NCBI GenBank assembly: GCA_013388845.1
Contig: JACAEN010000011.1
Location: 45,686 to 109,685, forward strand
Origin: Chloroflexota bacterium
GTDB taxonomy: Bacteria; Chloroflexota; Dehalococcoidia; GIF9; AB-539-J10
Direction of reading: 5' to 3'
Length of the DNA: 64,000 nucleotides
A program made the translations under genes and the position numbers. The number at the start of each line of letters is the position of its first letter. Positions within the stretch are counted from its first letter, which is position 1. This document shows, in pieces, positions 30,087 through 39,645 of this stretch. The notes under the pieces are model-generated. The model was not told the origin of the DNA. It made no database searches and worked only from the letters and a program-made list of their open reading frames with translations.

Positions 30087-30186
30087 TGTTATTCTGGACC
30101 CCGATCTATCGGGGCGAAGAATCTCAACTCAGCCAAGACAGAGTGCGCCAAGAATCTACAGACCCTTCGCCGACGCTCAAAGTGAT
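30087..30186. repeat. palindromic repeat family A, two-armed copy
   Basis: TGTTATTCTGGA[CCCCGATCTATCGGGG]CGAAGAATCT ... CAGACCCTTCGCCGACGCTCAAAGTGAT. Confidence 0.7.
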
Positions 30187-30257
30187 GGTTTAACTTGCCT
30201 TGACTTTAGGCCGCCATGCTTGTATAGTTTGTGGCAAATTTTATCAGGTAAAGAAAA

Positions 30258-31403
30258 ATGCCTCACTTTAAATTCAAAGAATTGGAACGCGCTTACGGAT
30301 TTGACGAAGTTTCACTTGTCCCTGGCGATGTAACTGTTAATCCTGACCAAACCAACATAGACTTTACTATAGGAAATTACACCTTTTCCATCCCCATTCT
30401 AGCTTCAGCCATGGATGCTATTGTTGACCCAGCCTTTGCTATCAAATTCAACAAACTTGGCGGGCTAGCTGTCCTTAATCTAGAAGGTGTACAGACAAGG
30501 TATGAGAACCCTGATGAGATCTTAGATCAGATTGCTCAAACTCCTGAGAAAGAGGTCACTCCCCTGCTTCAGAAAATCTACTCTGAGCCCATCAAGGAAA
30601 AGCTCGTTAGCCAGCGGATTGAAGAAATAAAAAGGGCTGGGGCTGTCTGTGCTGCGTCTGTAACTCCAGCCAATACCAAACGATTGGCTCCTATAGCTAA
30701 GGATGCCGGGATGGACATACTTGTGGTGCAATCTACTGTGACGACGGCCAGGCACATTTCCAAGAGCTATCGGGGACTTATCCTGCCCGAACTCTGCCAG
30801 CAACTGTCCTTGCCTATCATAGTGGGCAACTGTTGCAGCTATAGCGCAGCGTTAGAGCTAATGGGAACGGGGATCGATGGCATCTTGGTTGGAGTGGGGC
30901 CTGGGGCTGCTTGCACCACCAGGGAAGTCATCGGTTTGGGAGTTCCCCAGATAACTGCTACTCTGCATTGTGCCGCTGCTCGAGAAGTATATCTCAAGGA
31001 AAGTGGTAAATACGTAGCCGTAATAACAGATGGAGGTATTCGCATTGGTGGCGATTTATGCAAAGCATTCGCTGCCGGCGCTGACGCTGTCATGATTGGC
31101 TCACCTTTAGCTCAAGCAATAGAAGCGCCTGGAAGGGGTTATCATTGGGGCATGTCTCATTCCCATCCAGCATTGCCGAGAGGGACGCGTGTCAGAGTTG
31201 GCACTGCTGCCTCATTAGAGCAGATTCTCTTTGGTCCTACTTCCGTCACCAATGGCACTCAAAACCTAGTTGGTGCTCTACGCACTGGTATGGGAGTATG
31301 TAGCGCTCGGACCATCAAAGAAATGCACAAAGTTAAGATAGTTATTGCTCCATCTATAAAAACTGAGGGGAAATACTTTCAGGCAATTCAGAATGTCCCT
31401 TGA
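30258..31403 (+). CDS. GuaB3-family IMP dehydrogenase-related protein
   Basis: AYGFDEVSLVPG, ASAMD, GVGPGAACTTR, DGGI and HWGM...LPRGTR motifs; no CBS domains. Confidence 0.93.
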   Translation: MPHFKFKELERAYGFDEVSLVPGDVTVNPDQTNIDFTIGNYTFSIPILASAMDAIVDPAFAIKFNKLGGLAVLNLEGVQTRYENPDEILDQIAQTPEKEVTPLLQKIYSEPIKEKLVSQRIEEIKRAGAVCAASVTPANTKRLAPIAKDAGMDILVVQSTVTTARHISKSYRGLILPELCQQLSLPIIVGNCCSYSAALELMGTGIDGILVGVGPGAACTTREVIGLGVPQITATLHCAAAREVYLKESGKYVAVITDGGIRIGGDLCKAFAAGADAVMIGSPLAQAIEAPGRGYHWGMSHSHPALPRGTRVRVGTAASLEQILFGPTSVTNGTQNLVGALRTGMGVCSARTIKEMHKVKIVIAPSIKTEGKYFQAIQNVP

Positions 31404-31405
31404 TT

Positions 31406-32029
31406 TTATAGAAATACCTTAAGGCAAAACCGGACACCAAAGCCGACTAGAATCAAAGCACAAACACTAAAGACAATCCTTTGTACCTTCGGTGTCCACC
31501 AGCGTTTTGACTCGAATGTGCCCACGGAGAGAAATTCACTCCAGGCCAAATCGAGAGGCAAATGCACTATAGTAAACAGAATAACACCGACAAGTCCGAA
31601 CCTGGCAGCACCGGTTATTAAAACTGCACCTGCCGTCACCCACCATATGTAAAAAGCCGGGTTAGTTCCCGTGATCACAATACCTGTTACTAAAGAGCTG
31701 GCAGGCAGACCGCCCACCGCACTGTGTGTCTGACGAGTAGCTCGAAACATTCGAAAACCTAGGTAAAGTAGCATCAAGCCACCAACAAGATATAGTACTC
31801 TTTCCACTTGGGGAGAGCTGAGGAAACGCCCGGACCCAAAATATATTGCAGTCATTACAACTATGAGAGGTATTTCGATAACAGCATGCCCGGCTGCAAT
31901 CCAAGCGCCAGCGTGTTTATCACTATAACCTTTGGCGATGGTGGCCGCAGTCATTGGTCCGGGTAGCATAACACCACTAAGGGAAATCGCCGCTGCTGAT
32001 AATAAAAATAAGCCTAGGCTCGTCTCCAT
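31406..32029 (-). CDS. LysE-family transporter
   Basis: SGVMLPGPM, GHAVIE and NPAFYIWW motifs; ~6 TMs. Confidence 0.85.
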   Translation of the reverse strand: METSLGLFLLSAAAISLSGVMLPGPMTAATIAKGYSDKHAGAWIAAGHAVIEIPLIVVMTAIYFGSGRFLSSPQVERVLYLVGGLMLLYLGFRMFRATRQTHSAVGGLPASSLVTGIVITGTNPAFYIWWVTAGAVLITGAARFGLVGVILFTIVHLPLDLAWSEFLSVGTFESKRWWTPKVQRIVFSVCALILVGFGVRFCLKVFL

Positions 32030-32057
32030 GACTTACTCGGGTAAAGCCAAACTCGGG

Positions 32058-32822
32058 CTAGATTTCCTCTTGTTCCTCATCCTCCTCAGGCGCAACCCCA
32101 CCATAACGAGGGAGCATCACGTCTACTTTAGTGCGGCGACCTCTGGCTCCTCTGGGTAGTTCGCTAATCATCCTCTTTAGCTCTGCCAGTGCCTCAACCG
32201 ACTGTGTTGAAGGCGCAACTACGCCATCTACCCCAGCTTGCCATAAACTGGTTAGCTCAGCCTTCGCGACTAAGGAAGGCAAGGACATGATAACTGGCTT
32301 CTCTAAAAGCTCGACGAGCCTTCGGCAAACAAGCAGATGCTCTACAGTGACAGAAGGCTCTCCGCTTCTGCTGCTGATAACCACACCGTCTACTCCAAGG
32401 CTATTAATGGCTCTAACAAACCCTGGGTCTAACGAAGGCTCTATCATCAAGAATTTGCCTATCCCCTCTTTGTGTAAAACCGCGGCAGGTACTTTGATGT
32501 CAAAGACCGCAAAGTCACACCCCGCGCTCACAAGCTCGTTTATTTTCTCTTCGCTCATGTCTTTCACAAGTATCCCCACAGGGATATTGCCCATAGCCTC
32601 GACCATTTGCTTAACAACCTTGGCGCTTGTGTCCTCGCTCATTATCAAGCCAGCATCAGCATTGGCCTCAGCCACGGTTTTGGCTTCCTTGACCTGTGTT
32701 CCGGATAGACCAGCAATAAGCAACATTGCCGAGCTTTTTAGTTCAGAGGCGGACGGATGAAAGCCTATGGGCGCGGTTGCAGACTTAGAAAGGCTCTGCA
32801 ATTTATCCACAAATTTGCTCAT
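32058..32822 (-). CDS. hypothetical protein (possible TIM-barrel/aldolase-like fold)
   Basis: 254-aa ORF with beta/alpha repeats (AGCDFAVF, GVDGVV twice) and an acidic tail. Confidence 0.7.
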   Translation of the reverse strand: MSKFVDKLQSLSKSATAPIGFHPSASELKSSAMLLIAGLSGTQVKEAKTVAEANADAGLIMSEDTSAKVVKQMVEAMGNIPVGILVKDMSEEKINELVSAGCDFAVFDIKVPAAVLHKEGIGKFLMIEPSLDPGFVRAINSLGVDGVVISSRSGEPSVTVEHLLVCRRLVELLEKPVIMSLPSLVAKAELTSLWQAGVDGVVAPSTQSVEALAELKRMISELPRGARGRRTKVDVMLPRYGGVAPEEDEEQEEI

Positions 32823-32859
32823 ATCACCCCCAGATTAACCTCGATATAAACACATGCTG

Positions 32860-32902
32860 AATTTAAGCAGGGTTCCCAAGAAAATTACAAGATTTTCTTG
32901 GG
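32860..32902 (+). repeat. palindromic repeat family B, copy 3 (just downstream of tRNA-Thr)
   Basis: AATTTAAGCAGGGTTCCCAAGAAAATTACAAGATTTTCTTGGG. Confidence 0.75.
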
Positions 32903-32909
32903 ATGGTTT

Positions 32910-32981
32910 AGCCAGCGGTCGGATTCGAACCGACGACCGACGGTTTACGAAACCGCTGCTCTACCTCTGAGCTACGCTGGC
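32910..32981 (-). tRNA. tRNA-Thr(CGT)
   Basis: GCCAGCG acceptor stem, AGCTCAGAGGTAGAGC D-arm, TT-CGT-AA anticodon loop, GGTTCGAATCC T-arm; CCA not encoded. Confidence 0.96.
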
Positions 32982-33112
32982 ACTCATTTAATTGCCTTTC
33001 GAAATAGCCCTCACAGTTAAGGCAAGAGAAGGGCAATGTTAAAGTTGACTCCTGCTATCCTTAACGGGTCTGTTGGAAGGATTCTACCATACCTTAACAA
33101 GCTGTCCAAATT

Positions 33113-34390
33113 TCAGGGGCTCACTTTCCTGGGTGCTCTAATAAAGGCGAGAAGTATCAGTGCTAGGATAGTGCATATGCCACCCACCATGAAAGCCAGG
33201 TAATAAGTGCCTGTTACATCATATACGCGTCCTCCGAGGAGCGGTCCAATTGCTCCCCCGATGGCTACCCCTAACATTTGAACACCGACAATTGCGCCTA
33301 TGGACTTAAGCTTAAAGATTTCCCCAGCTATCACCGGGAGCTGGGGGACACAACCGCCATAGGCAAACCCGAAGACCGCGGCAAACAGATAGAGCATCCA
33401 TATATCTGTGGCTCTCAGGAGCCAGAACATCGCCAAGGCTTGGAGGACCAAACAGATAGCGAGTGTGCGCTTTCCCCCTAGTCTGTCGGAGACGGCGCCC
33501 ATGGCCAGTCGGCCGATAATGCTCAAGACGCCGATTACAACCAGGAACTTAGCAGCCACTATCTCAGGTATGTTGAGGCCGATTGCATGCTTATCTATAT
33601 TAATCATTACCATTTGGAGACATATAGACCAGAAGATAATTATGGCCAGCAATAGCCAGAATGCTCTGGTTTGAGCTGCGTCTTTTAGTGAGAATCCTGC
33701 TCTTTCTGAAGTAAGGCTGTCTTCTTTTATATTTTGATTCTTCTCATCTCCTGCTATCGCCTCAGCCTTGCCCAATGGTAAAAGCCCCTTGTCCTCAGGA
33801 CTACGCCATAGCAGCAGTGCACCTGGGATAATAATGGCCCAGGCCACGAGCCCAAGAATGATATAGGTCCAGCGCCATTCATAAGTATCGATGAGGTATC
33901 TGGCTAGTAGAGGTATGACCGCTGTGCCCACCCCTGTTCCGGCAACAACAATACCTACCGCTAGACCTCTTTTCTGCACGAACCACCTTGATGCTGTGGC
34001 CACTAAAGGAGCAAAGGCCACACTTAGTCCGAAGCCGACCATTAGGCCGTAGAATAGATACAATTGCCAGGCAGCGCTGATTCGGCTGGTCAATATCAGG
34101 CCCAAACCCAGAAAAAAGCCTCCGATGGCCACTGTTATTCTGGGTCCGTATTTGTCGGTGGCCCGTCCGGTGAGGATAGCTAGGGCGCCACGCGAAAACA
34201 TGAAAAGCGAAGCGGCTCCTGTTACTAATGCCTGACTCCAGCCGAAAGCTTCTGACAGAGGGTCGAGGAATTTGCCGAAGGAGTATTGGACACCGTAAGC
34301 AACAAGGGCCACGCAGAAGGCGGCGGCTACTACTACCCAGCCGTAGAAAAGTCTTTGAGTTTTCGCTTGGTCAACTTTGCCAGATTTCAT
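33113..34390 (-). CDS. MFS transporter (OFA/MCT-like)
   Basis: FYGWVVV, GRATDKYGPR, RWFVQKRGLA and GAVSDRLG motifs; ~12 TMs. Confidence 0.92.
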   Translation of the reverse strand: MKSGKVDQAKTQRLFYGWVVVAAAFCVALVAYGVQYSFGKFLDPLSEAFGWSQALVTGAASLFMFSRGALAILTGRATDKYGPRITVAIGGFFLGLGLILTSRISAAWQLYLFYGLMVGFGLSVAFAPLVATASRWFVQKRGLAVGIVVAGTGVGTAVIPLLARYLIDTYEWRWTYIILGLVAWAIIIPGALLLWRSPEDKGLLPLGKAEAIAGDEKNQNIKEDSLTSERAGFSLKDAAQTRAFWLLLAIIIFWSICLQMVMINIDKHAIGLNIPEIVAAKFLVVIGVLSIIGRLAMGAVSDRLGGKRTLAICLVLQALAMFWLLRATDIWMLYLFAAVFGFAYGGCVPQLPVIAGEIFKLKSIGAIVGVQMLGVAIGGAIGPLLGGRVYDVTGTYYLAFMVGGICTILALILLAFIRAPRKVSP

Positions 34391-35782
34391 TCAGGCCTCC
34401 TGTCGCATATCTTTTATCAATTTTTTAGCTCGAGTGCTTTTTTGTAGTGAGCCGGGGGTTACCAGTTGTATCTCGGGTATGGTCATTTTCCCCGTTTTGA
34501 CATTTTTTTGAACCGGCGGGACTTTTAATATCACTTCCCTTACCAGTTCTTCGACCGCTGCTCCTGTTCTAGCTATCTCTACCTGAAAGGTCAGCTTATC
34601 TTTGCCGCCATCCTTGCTAACGCTCACTTCATAACCAACGATGTCAGGAATTGTATAAAGTGCCTCGTCAAACATGGCGGGATATATCTCGTCCCCGTCT
34701 CCTATCCTTACTACCGACTCCAGCCTTCGAGTTACCTTATCCAGCCTCTTGAGAGCGGTTATGCCACACGTGCAAGGTTTGCTACTCAACCTGGATATAT
34801 CGTGTGTTCTGTATCTGATTAGCGGCATCGCTTCCCTAGTTAAGGTGGTAAAGACTAGTTCTCCCTCCTCTCCCTCAGGCAAAACCTCCCCGGTTTCCGG
34901 GTCTATAATCTCGGCCAGAAGGTCAGCCTCGTTAAAGTGGTAGCCATTATGGGCTGAGCACTCTACTGCTACTCCTAACCCCATCTCGGTTAACCCGTAG
35001 TGGGTGAAGACTTCACAATTCCACGCAGACTGGAGGTTAGCCCTCATCGAGTCAGAGAGATAGTTAGAAGTGAGGAACAAGACTTTGACCCCTAATTTTG
35101 TTAAATCATGATTTTTTCTAGCTTCCACCGTAATTCGATTAAGGCGAAGTGTCTCACAAAACAAAACAGTTGAGCCGTGTCTCTTAATGGCCTGGATTTG
35201 CTCCTCGGGAGTTGGCTCAATTCCAGTGACGACTGGCGTAGCCCCCATTTTCTTGACACCTTGTGCCAGCAGGTCAGACTGTCCTAAGACCATACCCTTG
35301 GGCAGCATTATCTGAACGACATCGTCGCTGGTAGCTACCACGCTCATGCCTGCCCCCATAAAATCGGTCATTACCTCAATATCCTTTTCACTAAAAAAAA
35401 TCCTCTTCTGCGGGCCAGTGGTGCCTGAGCTGGTAAAAGTAATTACTCGGGTCACATCTCCTAGAGGAACACATACGAATCTCAGGGGGTTCTCGGCCAA
35501 TTCCTTGGGGTCAGTCAAAGGCAGCTTAGCTAAATCCGCCAGGGATTGGACTTCACTCGGCTCTATGCCCTTTTTGCTGAACAGTTCTCGGTAAAACAGG
35601 CTCTTGTCATAAGCATAGTGTAAAGTATTCCGAAGCTGGAAAAGTTGAAAATCCTCCAAATCACGTCGGGTTAATTTCTCCAGGCTTTTCTTAGCAATAC
35701 GTTTACGGTATTCTGGAGTCTCCTTTATTCTTTGTGTAATTATCTTGTTGAGTGACTCCTGTAGAGAAATCCGCTCGGCCAT
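34391..35782 (-). CDS. PaaK-like AMP-dependent acyl-CoA ligase (DVU_1553-like)
   Basis: TSSGTTG, HYGLTEMG, EIIDPETG, GELVFTTL and PLIRYRTHD motifs. Confidence 0.9.
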   Translation of the reverse strand: MAERISLQESLNKIITQRIKETPEYRKRIAKKSLEKLTRRDLEDFQLFQLRNTLHYAYDKSLFYRELFSKKGIEPSEVQSLADLAKLPLTDPKELAENPLRFVCVPLGDVTRVITFTSSGTTGPQKRIFFSEKDIEVMTDFMGAGMSVVATSDDVVQIMLPKGMVLGQSDLLAQGVKKMGATPVVTGIEPTPEEQIQAIKRHGSTVLFCETLRLNRITVEARKNHDLTKLGVKVLFLTSNYLSDSMRANLQSAWNCEVFTHYGLTEMGLGVAVECSAHNGYHFNEADLLAEIIDPETGEVLPEGEEGELVFTTLTREAMPLIRYRTHDISRLSSKPCTCGITALKRLDKVTRRLESVVRIGDGDEIYPAMFDEALYTIPDIVGYEVSVSKDGGKDKLTFQVEIARTGAAVEELVREVILKVPPVQKNVKTGKMTIPEIQLVTPGSLQKSTRAKKLIKDMRQEA

Positions 35783-35797
35783 GTGATTTGCCTCCAG

Positions 35798-37147
35798 TTA
35801 TGCTATCCCCGGATAAAGACGCTGCCCAGCGACGCTGGTCAAGTATTTGGCACATAAAGGTACCATCTTCCCGGTAGAAGTAATTATGTGAATACAGCAT
35901 CTCTTCAGTCTTTCCAGGTCGATATTCCAGACATCTTGAAAGGCCATGCCTGAAATGTATAAATACTCCCTTTGCAGATGCTGTAATAAAGTGCTAAAAG
36001 GCGCTGGCTTATGTCGAGGTAACGGGCAGCGTTGTACCTCATCTTCCTCAACAAATCTCCAATATCGCTTGGCAAATCGTCGGGAATGCTCAGCTCCATC
36101 CTCATTGATTCGTCTCGGTTCCAAGTGACTGATTGGTAATAACTTCCCATCCATCAATACGAAAAAGCCTGAAAAAGAGCAGTGAGGATGCTCGCAGACG
36201 GGAGGCGCAAAGTTGCTCTCCCTTAACTCTCCGTTCGTTTGTTCCTCAAGAGCTCTGATTATATCTGGTATGGTCAGCCTATCCTCGTCCCCGGGTGTTC
36301 CTGGATATCTGCCGAAGTAACTGACTGGCTGGAAGTAAACTCCTTTTACTGTGGGCACCCAGCTCTTAGCAAACTGGACGATGTCTCCTATCTGCTCAAA
36401 ATTGACATTGGGGATGATTGTGGGTACCAGCGTAACCCCTATCTTGACTTCGGCGCAATTGCTTATGGCTTGGACCTTGAGGTCGAAGAGGCTTGCGCCG
36501 CGGGTATAACGATATACGTCATCAGTTACACCATCAAACTGAAGATAGATAGTGGTAGCCCCGGCCTCCTTTAATCTACTCAGATATTCCTTATCTTCGG
36601 CCAATCTGATGCCATTGGTATTTATCTGGATATGATTAAAGCCCAGTTTCTTGCCCATAGCAATAACCTGAGGCAAGTCCTCCCGGACAGTTGGTTCCCC
36701 ACCGCATAGTTCTACAGGATATGCCCCGCAAGTATCCAAAATGACTTGGTACATCCTTTTGATGCTGTCCAAGGAAGGCTCATAGACAGGTCTTTCGTCG
36801 CCATAGGTAAAACAGATAGGACAATGAAGGTTACACCTATTAGTAGTCATAATAGCTACAGAAGAAGTGTCTTGTTCATGGTCCGGACAAATGCCACAGT
36901 CATAAGGGCAACCTCCATTATGACTGGTAAGCCTCTTTTTGGGACCTACAGGAGTTCCATTACCGCCGAACTCCGCCCATTTGAGGTAATGTTCAGCATC
37001 CTTTCTCCAGATGATAACTTTATATTCGCCATGTCGGGGGCAACTTTTCTCCAGATAAACCTTGCTGTCTTCGGTGGTTATCTTCGCCGGTATCCGGCTC
37101 AGACAGACTGGACATAGGCTCTCTGTTTCGTTCAGTATCTCTTTCAT
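35798..37147 (-). CDS. radical SAM protein, Tes/MJ0619/TrsS-like, paralog 2
   Basis: TESLCPVC..C.RH, CPYDCGICPDH, CNLHCPIC, GGEPT, NTNG, YLQFDG, FQPVSYFGRYP and RCCIH..PLCA motifs. Confidence 0.9.
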   Translation of the reverse strand: MKEILNETESLCPVCLSRIPAKITTEDSKVYLEKSCPRHGEYKVIIWRKDAEHYLKWAEFGGNGTPVGPKKRLTSHNGGCPYDCGICPDHEQDTSSVAIMTTNRCNLHCPICFTYGDERPVYEPSLDSIKRMYQVILDTCGAYPVELCGGEPTVREDLPQVIAMGKKLGFNHIQINTNGIRLAEDKEYLSRLKEAGATTIYLQFDGVTDDVYRYTRGASLFDLKVQAISNCAEVKIGVTLVPTIIPNVNFEQIGDIVQFAKSWVPTVKGVYFQPVSYFGRYPGTPGDEDRLTIPDIIRALEEQTNGELRESNFAPPVCEHPHCSFSGFFVLMDGKLLPISHLEPRRINEDGAEHSRRFAKRYWRFVEEDEVQRCPLPRHKPAPFSTLLQHLQREYLYISGMAFQDVWNIDLERLKRCCIHIITSTGKMVPLCAKYLTSVAGQRLYPGIA

Positions 37148-37173
37148 CCCATTAGTATTATCCAGATGAATTC

Positions 37174-38574
37174 CTAATCTGTGCGAGACAGAGTGATATC
37201 TGTGGGAAGATTCTGATACAGCCTTTCCCCGCTAATACTGGTGACATAAAAGGCACATAGAGGTATTAGTTGCTTATTGCTGGTGACAACGTGAACGCAG
37301 CATCTTTTTAGCCTGTGTAAATCGAGTGTCCATACATCCTGGAAGGGCATGCCGGTAATCGTCAGGTAGTATAGGCTTTCTCTTTCTAGGAAACGTCGCC
37401 AGGCCTCCTGATTTGGCCCACAGCATTGACCACACCCTTTCTCAGTTTGTTTTGGCTTTTCGCTAGCCAATCTCCAACGTCTACTGATAAAGTTTCTCGC
37501 TGTTACTGCCGGAGGATCTTTTCTATAGCCAAATCCACTTACTGCTTCCTGGGCGATGTCTGTCCTCGCTTGTAATTTGCCGTCTTCCATCAGTACAAAA
37601 AAGCTGCTAAATGAACAGTGCGAGTCCTCACATCTGCGAGGCAGAAAATCTGTTTCTTTAAGTTCGCCGTTGGTCTGGGCGACTAACCCATTCACAATAT
37701 CTGGTAGGGTTACCCTATCTTCGTCTTTTGGTGACCAGGGATACCTGCCAAAATAGCTAACCGGTTGGAAATGGACACCCTTGACAGTAGGTATCCATTG
37801 TTTAGCAAATCGGATGATGTCACCTAGCTGGTGAAGATTAACATTGGGAACCACAGTGGGCACCAGGATGACCCCCATCCTCACCTCCGCACAGTTGCTT
37901 ATTGCTCGAACCTTGAGGTCAAATAGGTTTCTACCACGGATAACGCGATAAACATCGTCAGATACACCATCGAACTGGAGGTATATCAAGTCAGCACCAC
38001 TGTCTTTTAGCCTCGCCAGATATTCCTTATTTTGAGCTATTCTGATGCCGTTGGTGTTTATCTGAATATGATAAAACCCCAATTTCTTGCCCAGAGCTAC
38101 AATGGCGGGCAGGTCGTCCCGTAAGGTAGGTTCCCCACCACTCATCTGCACCGGATAAGGTCCACCCGCTTCTACGATGGTTTGATACATTCCTCGGATT
38201 GTAGCGATATCCGGTTCAAAGCGGGAACCTTCGTTGCCGGAAGCGAAGCAGATAGGACAATCGAGGTTACACTTGTGGGTGACTTCCATCACGGTGGTGC
38301 ATGTATCTGCCTCGTGATCGGGGCAGAGACCACAATCATAGGGGCAGCCCTGAGTAATATCAGTTAGCCTCTTTTGTGAACTGCCAGCTTGCTGGCTGTA
38401 TTGGCTCCAATTGCGGTAAAGTTCAGCATTTCGCCAGATCAAAGCCCTGAAGCTACTGTGTTTGGGACAATCTTTTTCCAGATAAACATCTCCCCTTTCT
38501 ACTACTCTCTTGGCTGGTATTCGGCTTAAGCAAACCGGACATAGGCTCTCTGTCTCAGTTAGCACTTCTTTCAT
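37174..38574 (-). CDS. radical SAM protein, Tes/MJ0619/TrsS-like, paralog 1
   Basis: TESLCPVC..C.KH, CPYDCGLCPDH..TC, CNLDCPICFA, SGGEPT, CEDSHCSF and RCCVH..PLCA motifs. Confidence 0.92.
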   Translation of the reverse strand: MKEVLTETESLCPVCLSRIPAKRVVERGDVYLEKDCPKHSSFRALIWRNAELYRNWSQYSQQAGSSQKRLTDITQGCPYDCGLCPDHEADTCTTVMEVTHKCNLDCPICFASGNEGSRFEPDIATIRGMYQTIVEAGGPYPVQMSGGEPTLRDDLPAIVALGKKLGFYHIQINTNGIRIAQNKEYLARLKDSGADLIYLQFDGVSDDVYRVIRGRNLFDLKVRAISNCAEVRMGVILVPTVVPNVNLHQLGDIIRFAKQWIPTVKGVHFQPVSYFGRYPWSPKDEDRVTLPDIVNGLVAQTNGELKETDFLPRRCEDSHCSFSSFFVLMEDGKLQARTDIAQEAVSGFGYRKDPPAVTARNFISRRWRLASEKPKQTEKGCGQCCGPNQEAWRRFLERESLYYLTITGMPFQDVWTLDLHRLKRCCVHVVTSNKQLIPLCAFYVTSISGERLYQNLPTDITLSRTD

Positions 38575-38643
38575 CTTACTAACCCTCTATTACATAAACT
38601 AAAGGACATATAAGCCTTTTACAGGTGGTAGGAAATTGCTTGC

Positions 38644-39408
38644 CTACGGCTTGGTCAAAGCGATAAGAGCATACCCAAACGTTGTTTGACTGAAAAACTC
38701 CTGGTAAGCCTCAACAGGTATGGCACCGTCTCTTCCGTCTTTACCGAGACAATGCATCCCGGCTGCAACTTTAGCGAAGAATTTTGCAACGGAACCGTAG
38801 TTAACAGCTATCCAATAACCTATCCTTTTCATTTCCTCCGGGTGGTCTTCAATGTAAGGATCTTGGAAGCCCGTTTTTTCGAAGAGACTGACGTATTCTT
38901 CCAGCCGTTTTGCCCCTGCGCAAGGAAGGAAAGTCATTTGGCATTGAAGCTTTTGGGGTATTTCTCTGCGAAGTACAAAATCTGTCACCACCACCTTTCC
39001 GCCGCGCCTTAAGACACGATGAAACTCCTTGGCAGCCCTTTCTTTATCTGCAAGGCCGGAGAAAACAGCTTCACACATTACGGTATCGAATGTATAATCT
39101 GGGAAGGGCAGCTGCATCGCGTCAGCTACCAAGAATTGCACTCTGTGAGACAGTGCCTCAGTCCGAGCTCGCTGGTTAGCCAGAGCAATCATCTTATCTG
39201 AGGCATCAATACCAATGACGTCACAAGCATATTGTTGGGATAAAAAGAGGGCTGACATTCCGTCTCCGCAGCCCACCTCCAGAACTGACCAACCTTCGCC
39301 AAGCTTAGCAACCTTAGCCGTTTGCCTAGTAAGTTCAAACCTGCCGGGACGCATTCCCCAGAATTGCACAAGGGAGTCAAAAGTTACATTAGCTGATGCT
39401 GATTTCAT
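38644..39408 (-). CDS. class I SAM-dependent methyltransferase (DVU_1556-like)
   Basis: RPGRFELT, VLEVGCGDG, DAMQLPF and RVLRRGG motifs. Confidence 0.88.
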   Translation of the reverse strand: MKSASANVTFDSLVQFWGMRPGRFELTRQTAKVAKLGEGWSVLEVGCGDGMSALFLSQQYACDVIGIDASDKMIALANQRARTEALSHRVQFLVADAMQLPFPDYTFDTVMCEAVFSGLADKERAAKEFHRVLRRGGKVVVTDFVLRREIPQKLQCQMTFLPCAGAKRLEEYVSLFEKTGFQDPYIEDHPEEMKRIGYWIAVNYGSVAKFFAKVAAGMHCLGKDGRDGAIPVEAYQEFFSQTTFGYALIALTKP

Positions 39409-39451
39409 GCCTGCCCTTAGCTATTACTTGCGGAGCATATGTACTTACACT

Positions 39452-39640
39452 TTACTTTGACTCTAGCATTTTCTCACCTTCGGTGACTTGCGTGAGCACG
39501 AATTCCTCTAGTAGATATTGAGCATCACATTTAGGACATTTCACCCCAACGGCCCCTGGTATCACTAAATCCTTGTATTTAAAGGATACCTCACCTTCTT
39601 CCATTTTCTCTTTACATTTAAAGCAATACCATTGTGCCAC
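39452..39640 (-). CDS. small CxxC..CxxC redox/Zn protein (DVU_1557-like)
   Basis: WYCFKC...KCPKC...LEE...EKMLESK; AAGGAG RBS, GTG start. Confidence 0.85.
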   Translation of the reverse strand: MAQWYCFKCKEKMEEGEVSFKYKDLVIPGAVGVKCPKCDAQYLLEEFVLTQVTEGEKMLESK

Positions 39641-39645
39641 TTGCT

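Noticed and set aside
5210-30186. Palindromic repeats as a CRISPR array
   Set aside because: Dispersed and degenerate, with no regular repeat-spacer periodicity and no cas genes.
34388-34393. Ligase TGA immediately followed in frame by the MFS ATG (possible Sec readthrough fusion)
   Set aside because: GGAGG lies just upstream of the ATG, no SECIS-like hairpin is evident and the position is not a Cys site; ordinary translational coupling.
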